Of a stretch of DNA of 49,065 nt, positions 19,662 to 28,718 are shown in pieces. Position 1 is the first letter of the stretch. The number at the start of each line of letters is the position of its first letter. This DNA comes from an uncultured Campylobacterales bacterium (GTDB lineage Bacteria > Campylobacterota > Campylobacteria > Campylobacterales > JAADDG01): assembly GCA_964590185.1 (NCBI GenBank), contig CAZPVZ010000197.1, positions 1 to 49,065 on the forward strand. The letters run 5' to 3'. The position numbers and the translations under genes are program-made. Under the pieces are notes generated by a model. It was not told the origin of the DNA, did no database searches, and saw only the letters and a list, made by a program, of their open reading frames with translations.

Positions 19662-20551
19662 CCTTTTATGGCCGCTCCCTCTCTTAGAGAGTCGTCTATA
19701 ACTACTATTTCGGAAAAACCGCAAGTTTTTATAAGGGAGATTAGAAGATATATTCCGGCGATGATAAATTCTCCTCTTCCGGTTCCGACCCACTTTTCTC
19801 TCTCTTTTACGTCAAGTTTTAAAAGATCGTGCAAGGCTTTTGAAATATCTTCTACGGAGAGGATTTTTCCGTTTATTTTTTCGTAATCGTAATTTCCGTA
19901 GGACATATCGTTTAAAAATGCGGTTATCGTGGTGGCCGTTCCTCCCGTTGCGGTTAAGACGGTAGGTTTTTCGTAATCTTTATAAAGTTTTTCCAAAAAA
20001 GGTTTCAGCTCTTTTTCGTAAGCTTTCGGGGCGTTTTTTTTGATGTTTTTTACGGTTTCGTACTTTTGTGCGAAAGTTACTATGCCTATGTTTACGCTTT
20101 TTATCAGAAGGTCTTTTCGGTTTTTTATCACTATTTCGGTGGAACCTCCTCCCAAATCCGCCGTTATGAAATTTTTTTCGTTTTTATTTAGTTTTTTTAA
20201 TCTCTCTTCCACGGCCAAGGCCGTTAATCTCGCCTCTTCTTCTCCGCTTATTATTTTAAACTCTATTCCCGTCTCCTCTTTTATCTTTTCTATGATCTCT
20301 TTTTTGTTTTCCGCCATTCTCAATGCGGCGGTCGCGACGGCGATTATTTTCTCTTTTTCGAAATTCAAAACTTTTTCGGCCTCTTTCAAAGCCTTTATGA
20401 TCCTATCCGCCGTTTCTTTTTTTATGATCGGCCTTTCGTGCATTCCTTCCGCCGTTTTTACAATTTTCTCGAACTCTTTGACTCTTTCGAAAGTTTTGCA
20501 GTCGAGTTTTACGCCTCTTAGCGTGTTGGAACCTAAATCGAGAGCTATCAT
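19640..20551 (-). CDS. Ppx/GppA-family phosphatase (short, ASKHA-fold only)
   Basis: IALDLGSNTLRG N-terminus and DLGGGSTE phosphate-2 motif. 303 aa. Confidence 0.85.
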   Translation of the reverse strand: MIALDLGSNTLRGVKLDCKTFERVKEFEKIVKTAEGMHERPIIKKETADRIIKALKEAEKVLNFEKEKIIAVATAALRMAENKKEIIEKIKEETGIEFKIISGEEEARLTALAVEERLKKLNKNEKNFITADLGGGSTEIVIKNRKDLLIKSVNIGIVTFAQKYETVKNIKKNAPKAYEKELKPFLEKLYKDYEKPTVLTATGGTATTITAFLNDMSYGNYDYEKINGKILSVEDISKALHDLLKLDVKEREKWVGTGRGEFIIAGIYLLISLIKTCGFSEIVVIDDSLREGAAIKGCKEEEF

Positions 20552-20606
20552 CTTTTCACTTCACTTTTTGATATAATTTCTAAAATTTAAAATAAGGAAT
20601 TATACA

Positions 20607-21389
20607 ATGAAATTGGGAGTAAATGTAGATCATATAGCTCTTTTGAGAGAATCGAGAAAAATTAACGATCCCGATCCTTTGGAAGCGGTTTTATTGGCAA
20701 AAAGAGCCGGAGCCGATCAGATAACGATCCATTTGAGAGAGGATAGAAGACATATTAACGATTATGACGTTAAAAGAATTATAGAAAATTCTCAGCTTCC
20801 CGTAAATATAGAAAGTTCGATAGATCCGGAGATTATAGAGTATATAGCTTCTCTTTCTCCTCACAGAGTAACGATAGTGCCGGAGAGAAGAGAGGAGGTT
20901 ACGACGGAAGGGGGGCTTGATTTCGATTACGCTTACGACAGGCTCGATAGCGTGGTTCATTATCTGAAAGCGAGGGAGATAGAGGTCTCTTTGTTTATAG
21001 ATCCTACTAAAGAGGCCGTTAAAGCTTCGAAGATTTTAGGTGTTCAGTGGGTTGAGTTTCATACCGGAAAGTATGCCAACATATTTGCGATGCTTTATAG
21101 CAATCTCAAATCAACTCCCAATTCCATAAAGGATCTTGAAGTTGAGAGGAGCAGACTGAAAAAGATGTTAAACGCCTCTTTGAAAGAGCTTGAAGAGGCC
21201 GTAAACGAAGCTTGCGAGTTCGGTTTGAAGATTGCGGCCGGACACGGACTCAATTATCAAAACGTTTACGATATTTTGAAAATAGAAGGAATAGAAGAGC
21301 TTAACATAGGTCAAAGCATAATCGCAAGAAGTATCTTCGACGGTTTCGAGAACGCCGTTAGAGAGATGAAAAGAATTATTTCAAGATGA
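20607..21389 (+). CDS. pdxJ: Pyridoxine 5'-phosphate synthase
   Basis: LGVNVDHIALLRE N-terminus, ITIHLREDRRHI, GHGLNY; 260 aa. Followed by pdxA. Confidence 0.93.
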   Translation: MKLGVNVDHIALLRESRKINDPDPLEAVLLAKRAGADQITIHLREDRRHINDYDVKRIIENSQLPVNIESSIDPEIIEYIASLSPHRVTIVPERREEVTTEGGLDFDYAYDRLDSVVHYLKAREIEVSLFIDPTKEAVKASKILGVQWVEFHTGKYANIFAMLYSNLKSTPNSIKDLEVERSRLKKMLNASLKELEEAVNEACEFGLKIAAGHGLNYQNVYDILKIEGIEELNIGQSIIARSIFDGFENAVREMKRIISR

Positions 21390-22321
21390 AAAAGATAGCC
21401 GTAAGCGTTGGAGATTTAAACGGAGTCGGGATTGAGATAGCTTTGGAGGCTCACGGCGAGATATCGAAAATTTGCAAACCGGTTTATATGATAAACGAGG
21501 TTATGTTAAAAAGAGCCGCTAAGCTTTTAAACAGGAAGATTCCGAAAGATTTTAAGATAGTGGAATGCGGAGGTGTTTTCGAGATAAAGCCCGGAAAAGC
21601 GAAGGCCGATAGCGGGGCTTTTTCGTACGCCTCTTTCTTGAAAGGGGTGAAATACGTAAAAAAAGGAAAAGCTCATGCCCTCGTAACTCTTCCGGTTAAC
21701 AAGGAGGCTTGGAAGAAGGCTTCGATCCCTTATAGGGGGCATACGGAGGCTTTAAAAGCGATATTCGGAAAAAATCCCGTTATGATGATAGGATGCGATA
21801 AACTTTACGGAGCTTTTTATACCCATCACATACCACTAAAAGAGGTTCCAAAAGAGATAAAAGTTAAGAAATTAAAAAGATTTTTGATTGATTTTTATAA
21901 AAATATCAAAGAGAGCCCGATAGGCGTTTTGGCATTGAATCCTCACGCCGGAGACGGAGGGGTGATGGGAGATGAGGAGCGGAAAATAGAAAAGGCGATA
22001 AAAAAGGCCAACGACAAATTGAAAGAGAAGATTTTTATCGGACCTTTGGTGCCTGATACGGCCTTTACCGAAAAAAATAGGAAGTTTATAAAATATTTCG
22101 TATGTATGTATCATGATCAAGGACTTTCGGTTATAAAGGCTTTATATTTTAACGAAAGCATAAATGTAAGTTTGAATCTCCCCATAATCAGAACCTCCGT
22201 AGATCACGGAACGGCTTTCGATATAGCCTACAAAAAAGCCTCTCCCTCGACTTTAAGCTATATTAACGCCGTTAAGGAGGCCGTAGCGCTTAGCGACAAG
22301 AGGGGAGAAGGGTTTATTTGA
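21386..22321 (+). CDS. pdxA: 4-hydroxythreonine-4-phosphate dehydrogenase
   Basis: GDLNGVGIEI, GHTE, NPHAGDGG, YHDQGL and RTSVDHGTAFDIA motifs. ATGA overlap with pdxJ. Confidence 0.93.
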   Translation: MKKIAVSVGDLNGVGIEIALEAHGEISKICKPVYMINEVMLKRAAKLLNRKIPKDFKIVECGGVFEIKPGKAKADSGAFSYASFLKGVKYVKKGKAHALVTLPVNKEAWKKASIPYRGHTEALKAIFGKNPVMMIGCDKLYGAFYTHHIPLKEVPKEIKVKKLKRFLIDFYKNIKESPIGVLALNPHAGDGGVMGDEERKIEKAIKKANDKLKEKIFIGPLVPDTAFTEKNRKFIKYFVCMYHDQGLSVIKALYFNESINVSLNLPIIRTSVDHGTAFDIAYKKASPSTLSYINAVKEAVALSDKRGEGFI

Positions 22322-24209
22322 TGCGGAGATAGTCTATTCTATCGAGCGTATCCGGATTTACGGTTTCCATTTCTATATGTTCTCCGTCTATATTGAAAAA
22401 GACTACCGCGTTTTGAGTGGTGAAGTTTTCGGCGGCTTCGCTCCAGGGAAGTTTTTCCTGAGCGTAGTAGGGAGCTCCTCCCGCTCCGTTGTTTATTTGC
22501 CAAATCGGTCTGAAGAACTCTTTATCGGTTATTTTTTCCTTATCCCAATTATCCGGATACAGATTCAGCTCTTTCGTAATCAGCATTCTGTTGTAGTTGT
22601 GCTCGTCTCCGGTCAATACCGCCACGACTTTCGGACTTTTCATCATTATTTCAAGAAGCTCGTCTCTTACCTCTATGATTCCTTTTTCGGCCTCTTTTCC
22701 CGCTACGACGGCTCTTTGATCGTTATTTCCCCCGTACCACATATCCTGTTTGCCGTGCCCTCCGTTGGGAAATAAAGGAGTGTGGACGGTTACGAATATG
22801 TGATCTATGTTTTCGTCTTCGGTATATTCTTTTACCGTTTTTTCGAACCATTTAAGTTGATTTTCCATTATATATCCGTGGACGTTTCCGCTTGTGAATT
22901 TTCTGTCGCTCATCGAAGGGGCGTAAAAATAATCCGAATTTAAAACTATCATCGCCACGTTGGCGTAAGTGTAGGAGTAAACGTTTTCTTTATATGAAGG
23001 AAAGTCCGTTTTGTTAGGATCGGGATCCAAGGAGGAATTGTCTTCGCTTTCGGGACCGTTTTCGAAATTGGAAAAGGCTTGCGCAAATACCGCTTCGCTC
23101 GATTCCGTTTCGAAAGGAAATTTATCGATTTGAATCTTCCACCACGGATTTCCGTCGTCGAATTTATATACGACCGCCTCGTGATTTCCCATGCCTATAT
23201 AAAAAGGTATGTAGTGCCAATAGGGTTCTAAAACGCGTTTGAAATTTTCGTATTCGTAGAGAGTTTCTTCTTTGGTCGTTTTATAACCGTTTATAACGTC
23301 TCCCGTTATTTGGACGAAAGAGGCTTTTTTGTAAGATGCCAAAGCTCCCACTTTTTTTAAGATATATCCGTTTACTCCTCCTATATATCTCTCTCCTCCT
23401 CCGTTAGAGGCTCTGCAATCGCTTATGTAAGCGAAAGTGAAAGGGGTTCTGCTTCCCTCTTTCGGTGCCGTTTTGAAAAAGTAAGATGTCGTGTATCCTC
23501 CGTCTAAAAGTATTTCGTATTTATATAAAGTGTTCGGTTTTAAAGAAAAGACTTTTACTTCGTGATGTTTGCCGGCTCCTTTTGTAAAAAATACCTTTTC
23601 TCCGTTGTTTAGACTTATTCTCGCGAAGCTCTCCTCTTTCGTATCGAAAGTGATAACGGCGCTTGTTGAGGTTAGTTGATTTATGAAAGGACCGCTTATT
23701 ATGTAGTTTTCTATATCGAAAGAGCCTGATCGTTTGAAAAAGAGTTTGCCGTCGTATAAAATTTTCCCGCTTTTGTCCGTTACTCTGTATCCTATCGTTC
23801 CCTCTTTTTTCTTCTCCCAGTCTATCATATCGTATCGGCCGCTCATTTTCGTTATGTCTATTCTCGCTTCTCCGTTTTTAATGGCGGAAATTTTTTTGAA
23901 ATAGACCGGATATTCGTATTTCCCGTCTCCCTTTTTTATAAATCCGTAATATAGTTTTCCTTCGATATTTTTGAAATCGAAAACGATTCCTTTATCGTCT
24001 CCTCTCATGTCTCTAAATTGTTCGAGAGTGTATTTCGCTTTCGGTTCTATCCAATCGTAAACGATGTCGTCTTTTTTTATTTGAAGCTCGTTGCCGCTTT
24101 TTATTATATTGGTATATACGGAAGGTATTTCGTCCGGCAGAGCGTAAGCGTTTGAAGATAGGAAAAGAGGGAAAGAGATGCCCAAAATATTCAATACGAG
24201 ATTTTCCAT
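22314..24209 (-). CDS. Secreted calcineurin-like metallophosphoesterase (purple-acid-phosphatase-like architecture)
   Basis: Signal peptide. N-terminal beta-sandwich region, then GDVINGY, GMGNHE, VTVHTP and TGDEHNYNRM motifs. Confidence 0.7.
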   Translation of the reverse strand: MENLVLNILGISFPLFLSSNAYALPDEIPSVYTNIIKSGNELQIKKDDIVYDWIEPKAKYTLEQFRDMRGDDKGIVFDFKNIEGKLYYGFIKKGDGKYEYPVYFKKISAIKNGEARIDITKMSGRYDMIDWEKKKEGTIGYRVTDKSGKILYDGKLFFKRSGSFDIENYIISGPFINQLTSTSAVITFDTKEESFARISLNNGEKVFFTKGAGKHHEVKVFSLKPNTLYKYEILLDGGYTTSYFFKTAPKEGSRTPFTFAYISDCRASNGGGERYIGGVNGYILKKVGALASYKKASFVQITGDVINGYKTTKEETLYEYENFKRVLEPYWHYIPFYIGMGNHEAVVYKFDDGNPWWKIQIDKFPFETESSEAVFAQAFSNFENGPESEDNSSLDPDPNKTDFPSYKENVYSYTYANVAMIVLNSDYFYAPSMSDRKFTSGNVHGYIMENQLKWFEKTVKEYTEDENIDHIFVTVHTPLFPNGGHGKQDMWYGGNNDQRAVVAGKEAEKGIIEVRDELLEIMMKSPKVVAVLTGDEHNYNRMLITKELNLYPDNWDKEKITDKEFFRPIWQINNGAGGAPYYAQEKLPWSEAAENFTTQNAVVFFNIDGEHIEMETVNPDTLDRIDYLRIK

Positions 24210-24365
24210 TTCAAAGTCCTTTTGGTTATCGTTTTTTTCTTACGGGAAAATTATTATCTTTTGGCATTATAACATATTTTTATGTAAAAAATACTATAAT
24301 AAGTAAAAATCTTTTTCTATAATAATTTATAATTATTTTTATTTTATTTATGTTATAATCTAATA

Positions 24366-25304
24366 ATGAAAAGAAAGCTGATTACCGTTTTTTTGCTCCC
24401 TTCCTTACTGTCGGCCGGAAGTTTAGATTTTTATTTGGATTACTTCGTTAAAAAAAGAAAAGAGTTTTCAAGAAAGTTTATAGATTTAACCGAAGAGCTT
24501 GATAATTATATTTCGGGAAACTATATAGGCTACGCTCCGGTTGAGGATAACTATCTGAAAGTTACCTTCTCCACCAGATTTAAAGACGGCAGATTGAGAT
24601 TTAATCCGAGCGTAAGGGCGAGGATAGATCTTCCTAAAACGAGAAATAAATTTCAGCTTGTTTTAACGGAACATGACGAAGAGATAACTCACCAAGATAT
24701 AGGAGAAGAGTACGGAGATAAAAAACAGAGTTACGGTTCTTTGCTCGGACTTAAATATTTTATCAATAATAAGATTTTTACGAAAACAAGTTTAAGTGTA
24801 GGTTTGAAGTTTAAAACGCCTTTGGATTTTTATACCCGCTTAAAGCTCCTTCGCGTTTGGGATTTGAGCGAAAAATGGCAATTGATAGGGGAACAGAAGT
24901 TTTATCTTTTCTCCCATCGCGGATTTCAATCTTTTACGACGGTCAACTTCGATAGGAAGATAGATTCCGTTTTTATGTTCAGAATTTCCAATAACGCGAT
25001 TTATAAGAAAAAAGAGGATCTGTTGGAGATAGGTCACTCTTTGATGCTTTTTCAGCATTTAACCAAAAGGGACGATTTGATATACAGCGCTTCCGTTTAC
25101 GGTAAAACCGAGAATCTGGAAAATAAACCTCCCGCGGTTTCGGCTTATGAAATAAGAACCGTCTATAGACACATTTTAAAAAACAGATGGATTACTTTCA
25201 GCGTTATTCCGGCCGTTTATTGGGATAGAGATCATAGTTTCAATCCGAATCTCTCCTTAAGTTTCAACTTCTCCATACTTTTCGGAAAGTACGATATCTA
25301 TTAA
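24366..25304 (+). CDS. Putative outer-membrane beta-barrel protein (unknown family)
   Basis: Signal peptide MKRKLITVFLLPSLLSAG. Alternating amphipathic beta-strand pattern throughout, and an aromatic C-terminal residue (…FGKYDIY). Confidence 0.5.
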   Translation: MKRKLITVFLLPSLLSAGSLDFYLDYFVKKRKEFSRKFIDLTEELDNYISGNYIGYAPVEDNYLKVTFSTRFKDGRLRFNPSVRARIDLPKTRNKFQLVLTEHDEEITHQDIGEEYGDKKQSYGSLLGLKYFINNKIFTKTSLSVGLKFKTPLDFYTRLKLLRVWDLSEKWQLIGEQKFYLFSHRGFQSFTTVNFDRKIDSVFMFRISNNAIYKKKEDLLEIGHSLMLFQHLTKRDDLIYSASVYGKTENLENKPPAVSAYEIRTVYRHILKNRWITFSVIPAVYWDRDHSFNPNLSLSFNFSILFGKYDIY

Positions 25305-25629
25305 TTTTCCTAAATCGTAATAATTAATTTGTAATAAAGATTATTTCTAAACGGAAGAGTTTATAGTTTGAAATAGTTTACGTTTTTTCCCTTTTGTTTC
25401 GAAACTTAATCTAAAAATCAAATTAATTCAATAAATTAATAAAATTTTATATTTATATAATAATTATAATGGTAAAATTGTTCGAAATAGGGATTAATAT
25501 CCGTTTCTTTATATAAAAAAATTTACTAATAAGAAACGGAAGTAAAGAAGTTTATATAAGCTTTCCGTTATATAAATTTTTAAAAATTGATCTTAAAATT
25601 AAGAAATAAAATAAACACAAGGGGAAAAG

Positions 25630-28600
25630 ATGAAACGACTCTTTAGCTTTTTTATTCTGTTGTCTCTGCTTTTTGCGGCGGCTCTTTTTGGCAAGTCGCA
25701 AATTATTTACGATAAGTTGGCTTCTTTCGGAGGAGCCTATAACGGAGTGGCGACCGACGGGAACTACTCTTTCGTAGCTTCCAAAAACGGTCTTAAGATT
25801 TTGGACGTATCGGATAAAGCGTCCGTAAAATTGGTAAACTCTTTGGATACCGAAAGCGAACTTAAAAAGGTGGCGCTAAAGGACGATTACGTTTTTATAG
25901 CAAGCGATGAGAATACTTTAAAAATCGTAAAAAAAAGCGATCCTTTGAATCTTGACGATTCGGTAGTTATAAAAACGAGCGCTCCGATTACCGACTTTAC
26001 CGTATATCAAGGTTATCTTTACATAACCATATCGGAAAACGGACTTGAAATTTTTAAGATGCCTACCGTTGAGATGATATCCCTATCGAGCGTAACCGAT
26101 ACCAACGGAACCGCTTCCGCCGTGGCGGTTGAGGGGGATTACGCTTACGTTATCGATAAGTTTAAAGGAATGCAGATTATAAACGTCGCTAACAAATTAA
26201 ATCCTTCTCTTGCGGGTTTTTATCCTTACACTTCTCCGGTTAGCAATCTCGCCGTAAGCGGCGATTACGTCTATTTCGCCGACGGTTACAACGGAATAGA
26301 GGTCGTATATGTAAAGGATAAGAATAAACCTGTTCATTTTACGAAAATAGATACCCAAAGTTACGTTTACGACGTAAAGATAAGCGGGGATTATTTGTAT
26401 GCCGCTTGCGGAACCGGAGGAGTTAAGATTTATAACATTTCCGAGCCGGAATCCGCTTATAAAGTCGGAGAGTACGATACTAAAGGGAGCGCGAGAGGAC
26501 TCTTTCTAAAAGACGATTATCTATTCGTGGCCGATTATGACGGAGGACTCGATATTTTGGACATTAATAATCAAGGTTCCGTTTACAATCCGTATTTGGC
26601 CGGAGCCTACTCCACTCTTGCCGGCGTTTATAGCGTAATGAGAGAGGGAGAGTATCTTTATGTCTCCGATAAAAGCGTGGGAGTGGCTATTTTCGATCTT
26701 TCCGACGAAAACAACATCACTTTGGCGGGAACTTATAAAACGAAAGAGAAACCGCAGGACGTTTTTAGTGACGGAAATTACCTCTATATAGCGGAAGGAA
26801 AAGGCGGGCTTGAGATAGTTGACGCTACCGATAAGAGCGATCCCGTTCTTAAAGGAGCGATCGATATAAACGATGCGGACGCGTTGAGAGTTAAGGTAAA
26901 AGACGGCATGGCTTATATAGCGGGCGGAGACGGCGGGCTTGTCGTCGTGGACGTTTCCGTTCCGACCTATCCGACTTTGAAGGGAATTTACAATACGGAA
27001 GGGACCGTAAGAGACGTTTTCGTTAAAGACAATTACGCTTATATAGCGGACGGAATGGCCGGAGTTAAAATAATAGATATTTCCGACGATACCTATCCTC
27101 TCGTGGGAAGCGTCGATACCGACGGATACGCTATGGGCATAAAAGTTGTGGGAAGATACGCTTATGTGGCCGACGGAGGAAGCGGTCTTGAAATTATAGA
27201 CGTAAGCGACCCCGCCAATCCCGTTCTCATAGGAAACAACGATACGGACGCAACCTCTTACAAAAAACTTTCCGTTAGCGGAAACAACGTTTTCGTAGCC
27301 GATAGCGACGACGGAGTGGACGTATTGGACGTTTCCAATCCGATGCATCCTCAATATCTCGGAACTTATCTTTCAAAAAGCATGCTTTATGACGTAGATT
27401 CGAAAGATTCGATCGTTTACGTGGCAAACGGATCCAGAGGAGTTCAAATCGTTAAAGTTACGGTTATGCCGACTCCTCCGAGCAATTTGAAACTTGTCGT
27501 AAAAGATAGTAGAACCATAGAACTTACTTGGAGCGATAACTCCAATAACGAAACCGGATTTAAGATTTTCAGAAACGGAGTTTTGATAGCGACCGTCGGA
27601 GCGAACGTTACTAAATATACCGATACGGGCTTGATTCCCGGAGCCACTTATACTTATGAAGTCAGGGCTACGAACAACATAGGAGATTCTCTTCCGGCTA
27701 CGGCTACCGCTACTACGGAGGGAGAACCGCCTTCCGCACCTACCAATCTTATGGCCGTTTCCGTAGGAAGCAAAAGTATTAAACTTACTTGGAGCGATAA
27801 CTCCAATAACGAAACCGGATTTAAGATTTTCAGAGATAACGAACTTGTCGCGACGGTTCCGGCAAACACCACTTCTTATGTTGATACCGGTTTGGTAAAA
27901 GGAAAAACTTACTATTACGAGGTAAGAGCCACTAACGAAAAAGGAGATTCCGATCCCGTTTCGACCGAGGCTATGCCGGTGGATCCGAAAATAGAGCTTT
28001 TCGTTCAAAGACTTTATTTGAAAATTTTAAATAGAGAAGTGGATCCTAACGGTAAAAAATATTGGACCGAGAAGCTTCAAAAGGGAGCAACCGCAACTTC
28101 GGTCGCAAAAAGCTTTTTCAACAGTGCCGAATTCGTAGATCTTCAATTGAGCGATAGCGAGTATATAACGAGAGCTTACGAGACTCTTTTAAACAGAGAG
28201 CCGGATCCGGAAGGTCTTGTTTACTGGCTCCATCAGAAAGATGTGGCCGGATTGAATAGAAATCAGATCTTTTACGGTCTTGCCTTGTCTAAAGAGTTTA
28301 GCGATTTGTGTCAACAAACTTACGGAATATTGGCTTACGACGCGGCTGATTTGAGAGAGGCTTTCGTAGAGAGATTTTACAATCTCGTTTTGGGAAGAGA
28401 CGCGGATTTGGGCGGAGTTAAATATTGGACGAACGAACTTAAATCTAAGAGAAAGAGCGCCGAAGATATAGCAAACGGATTCTTCTTTTCCGAAGAGTTT
28501 AAAAACAGAGCGGTAAGCAACGAAAAATTCGTGGAGATAGCTTATAGAACCCTTTTAAACAGAGAAGCCGATTTGGAAGGAAAAAATTTCTGGGTGGGCA

Positions 28601-28707
28601 AATTGAATAACGGATATTCCAGAAGCGCCATGATTTTGGATTTCGTATATACTCCGGAGTTTGAATCTTTGGCGAAAAAATACGATATTAAGGCTCATAA
28701 CGACTAA
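25630..28707 (+). CDS. Large secreted surface protein: ~12 LVIVD-type beta-propeller repeats, 2 FN3 repeats, C-terminal DUF4214-like repeats
   Basis: Signal peptide. Recurring G.YAY.ADG..GL.I.DVS.P..P...G blades (LVIVD-repeat type). Two FN3 units (LTWSDNSNNETGFKIFR...) and then four Y..L.NRE.D.EG..YW units. Confidence 0.85.
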   Translation: MKRLFSFFILLSLLFAAALFGKSQIIYDKLASFGGAYNGVATDGNYSFVASKNGLKILDVSDKASVKLVNSLDTESELKKVALKDDYVFIASDENTLKIVKKSDPLNLDDSVVIKTSAPITDFTVYQGYLYITISENGLEIFKMPTVEMISLSSVTDTNGTASAVAVEGDYAYVIDKFKGMQIINVANKLNPSLAGFYPYTSPVSNLAVSGDYVYFADGYNGIEVVYVKDKNKPVHFTKIDTQSYVYDVKISGDYLYAACGTGGVKIYNISEPESAYKVGEYDTKGSARGLFLKDDYLFVADYDGGLDILDINNQGSVYNPYLAGAYSTLAGVYSVMREGEYLYVSDKSVGVAIFDLSDENNITLAGTYKTKEKPQDVFSDGNYLYIAEGKGGLEIVDATDKSDPVLKGAIDINDADALRVKVKDGMAYIAGGDGGLVVVDVSVPTYPTLKGIYNTEGTVRDVFVKDNYAYIADGMAGVKIIDISDDTYPLVGSVDTDGYAMGIKVVGRYAYVADGGSGLEIIDVSDPANPVLIGNNDTDATSYKKLSVSGNNVFVADSDDGVDVLDVSNPMHPQYLGTYLSKSMLYDVDSKDSIVYVANGSRGVQIVKVTVMPTPPSNLKLVVKDSRTIELTWSDNSNNETGFKIFRNGVLIATVGANVTKYTDTGLIPGATYTYEVRATNNIGDSLPATATATTEGEPPSAPTNLMAVSVGSKSIKLTWSDNSNNETGFKIFRDNELVATVPANTTSYVDTGLVKGKTYYYEVRATNEKGDSDPVSTEAMPVDPKIELFVQRLYLKILNREVDPNGKKYWTEKLQKGATATSVAKSFFNSAEFVDLQLSDSEYITRAYETLLNREPDPEGLVYWLHQKDVAGLNRNQIFYGLALSKEFSDLCQQTYGILAYDAADLREAFVERFYNLVLGRDADLGGVKYWTNELKSKRKSAEDIANGFFFSEEFKNRAVSNEKFVEIAYRTLLNREADLEGKNFWVGKLNNGYSRSAMILDFVYTPEFESLAKKYDIKAHND
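27521..27834 (+). repeat. 53-bp perfect direct repeat (27521-27573 and 27782-27834) in the two FN3 units
   Basis: Read directly: AACTTACTTGGAGCGATAACTCCAATAACGAAACCGGATTTAAGATTTTCAGA occurs twice, 261 bp apart and in frame. Confidence 0.9.
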
Positions 28708-28718
28708 AGAGAGAAGTT

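Noticed and set aside
26521-27354. 277-aa minus-strand ORF (and 27373-28008) inside the LVIVD/FN3 gene
   Set aside because: It is antisense to a repeat-rich gene. Repeat periodicity keeps the opposite strand open, and it has no motifs.
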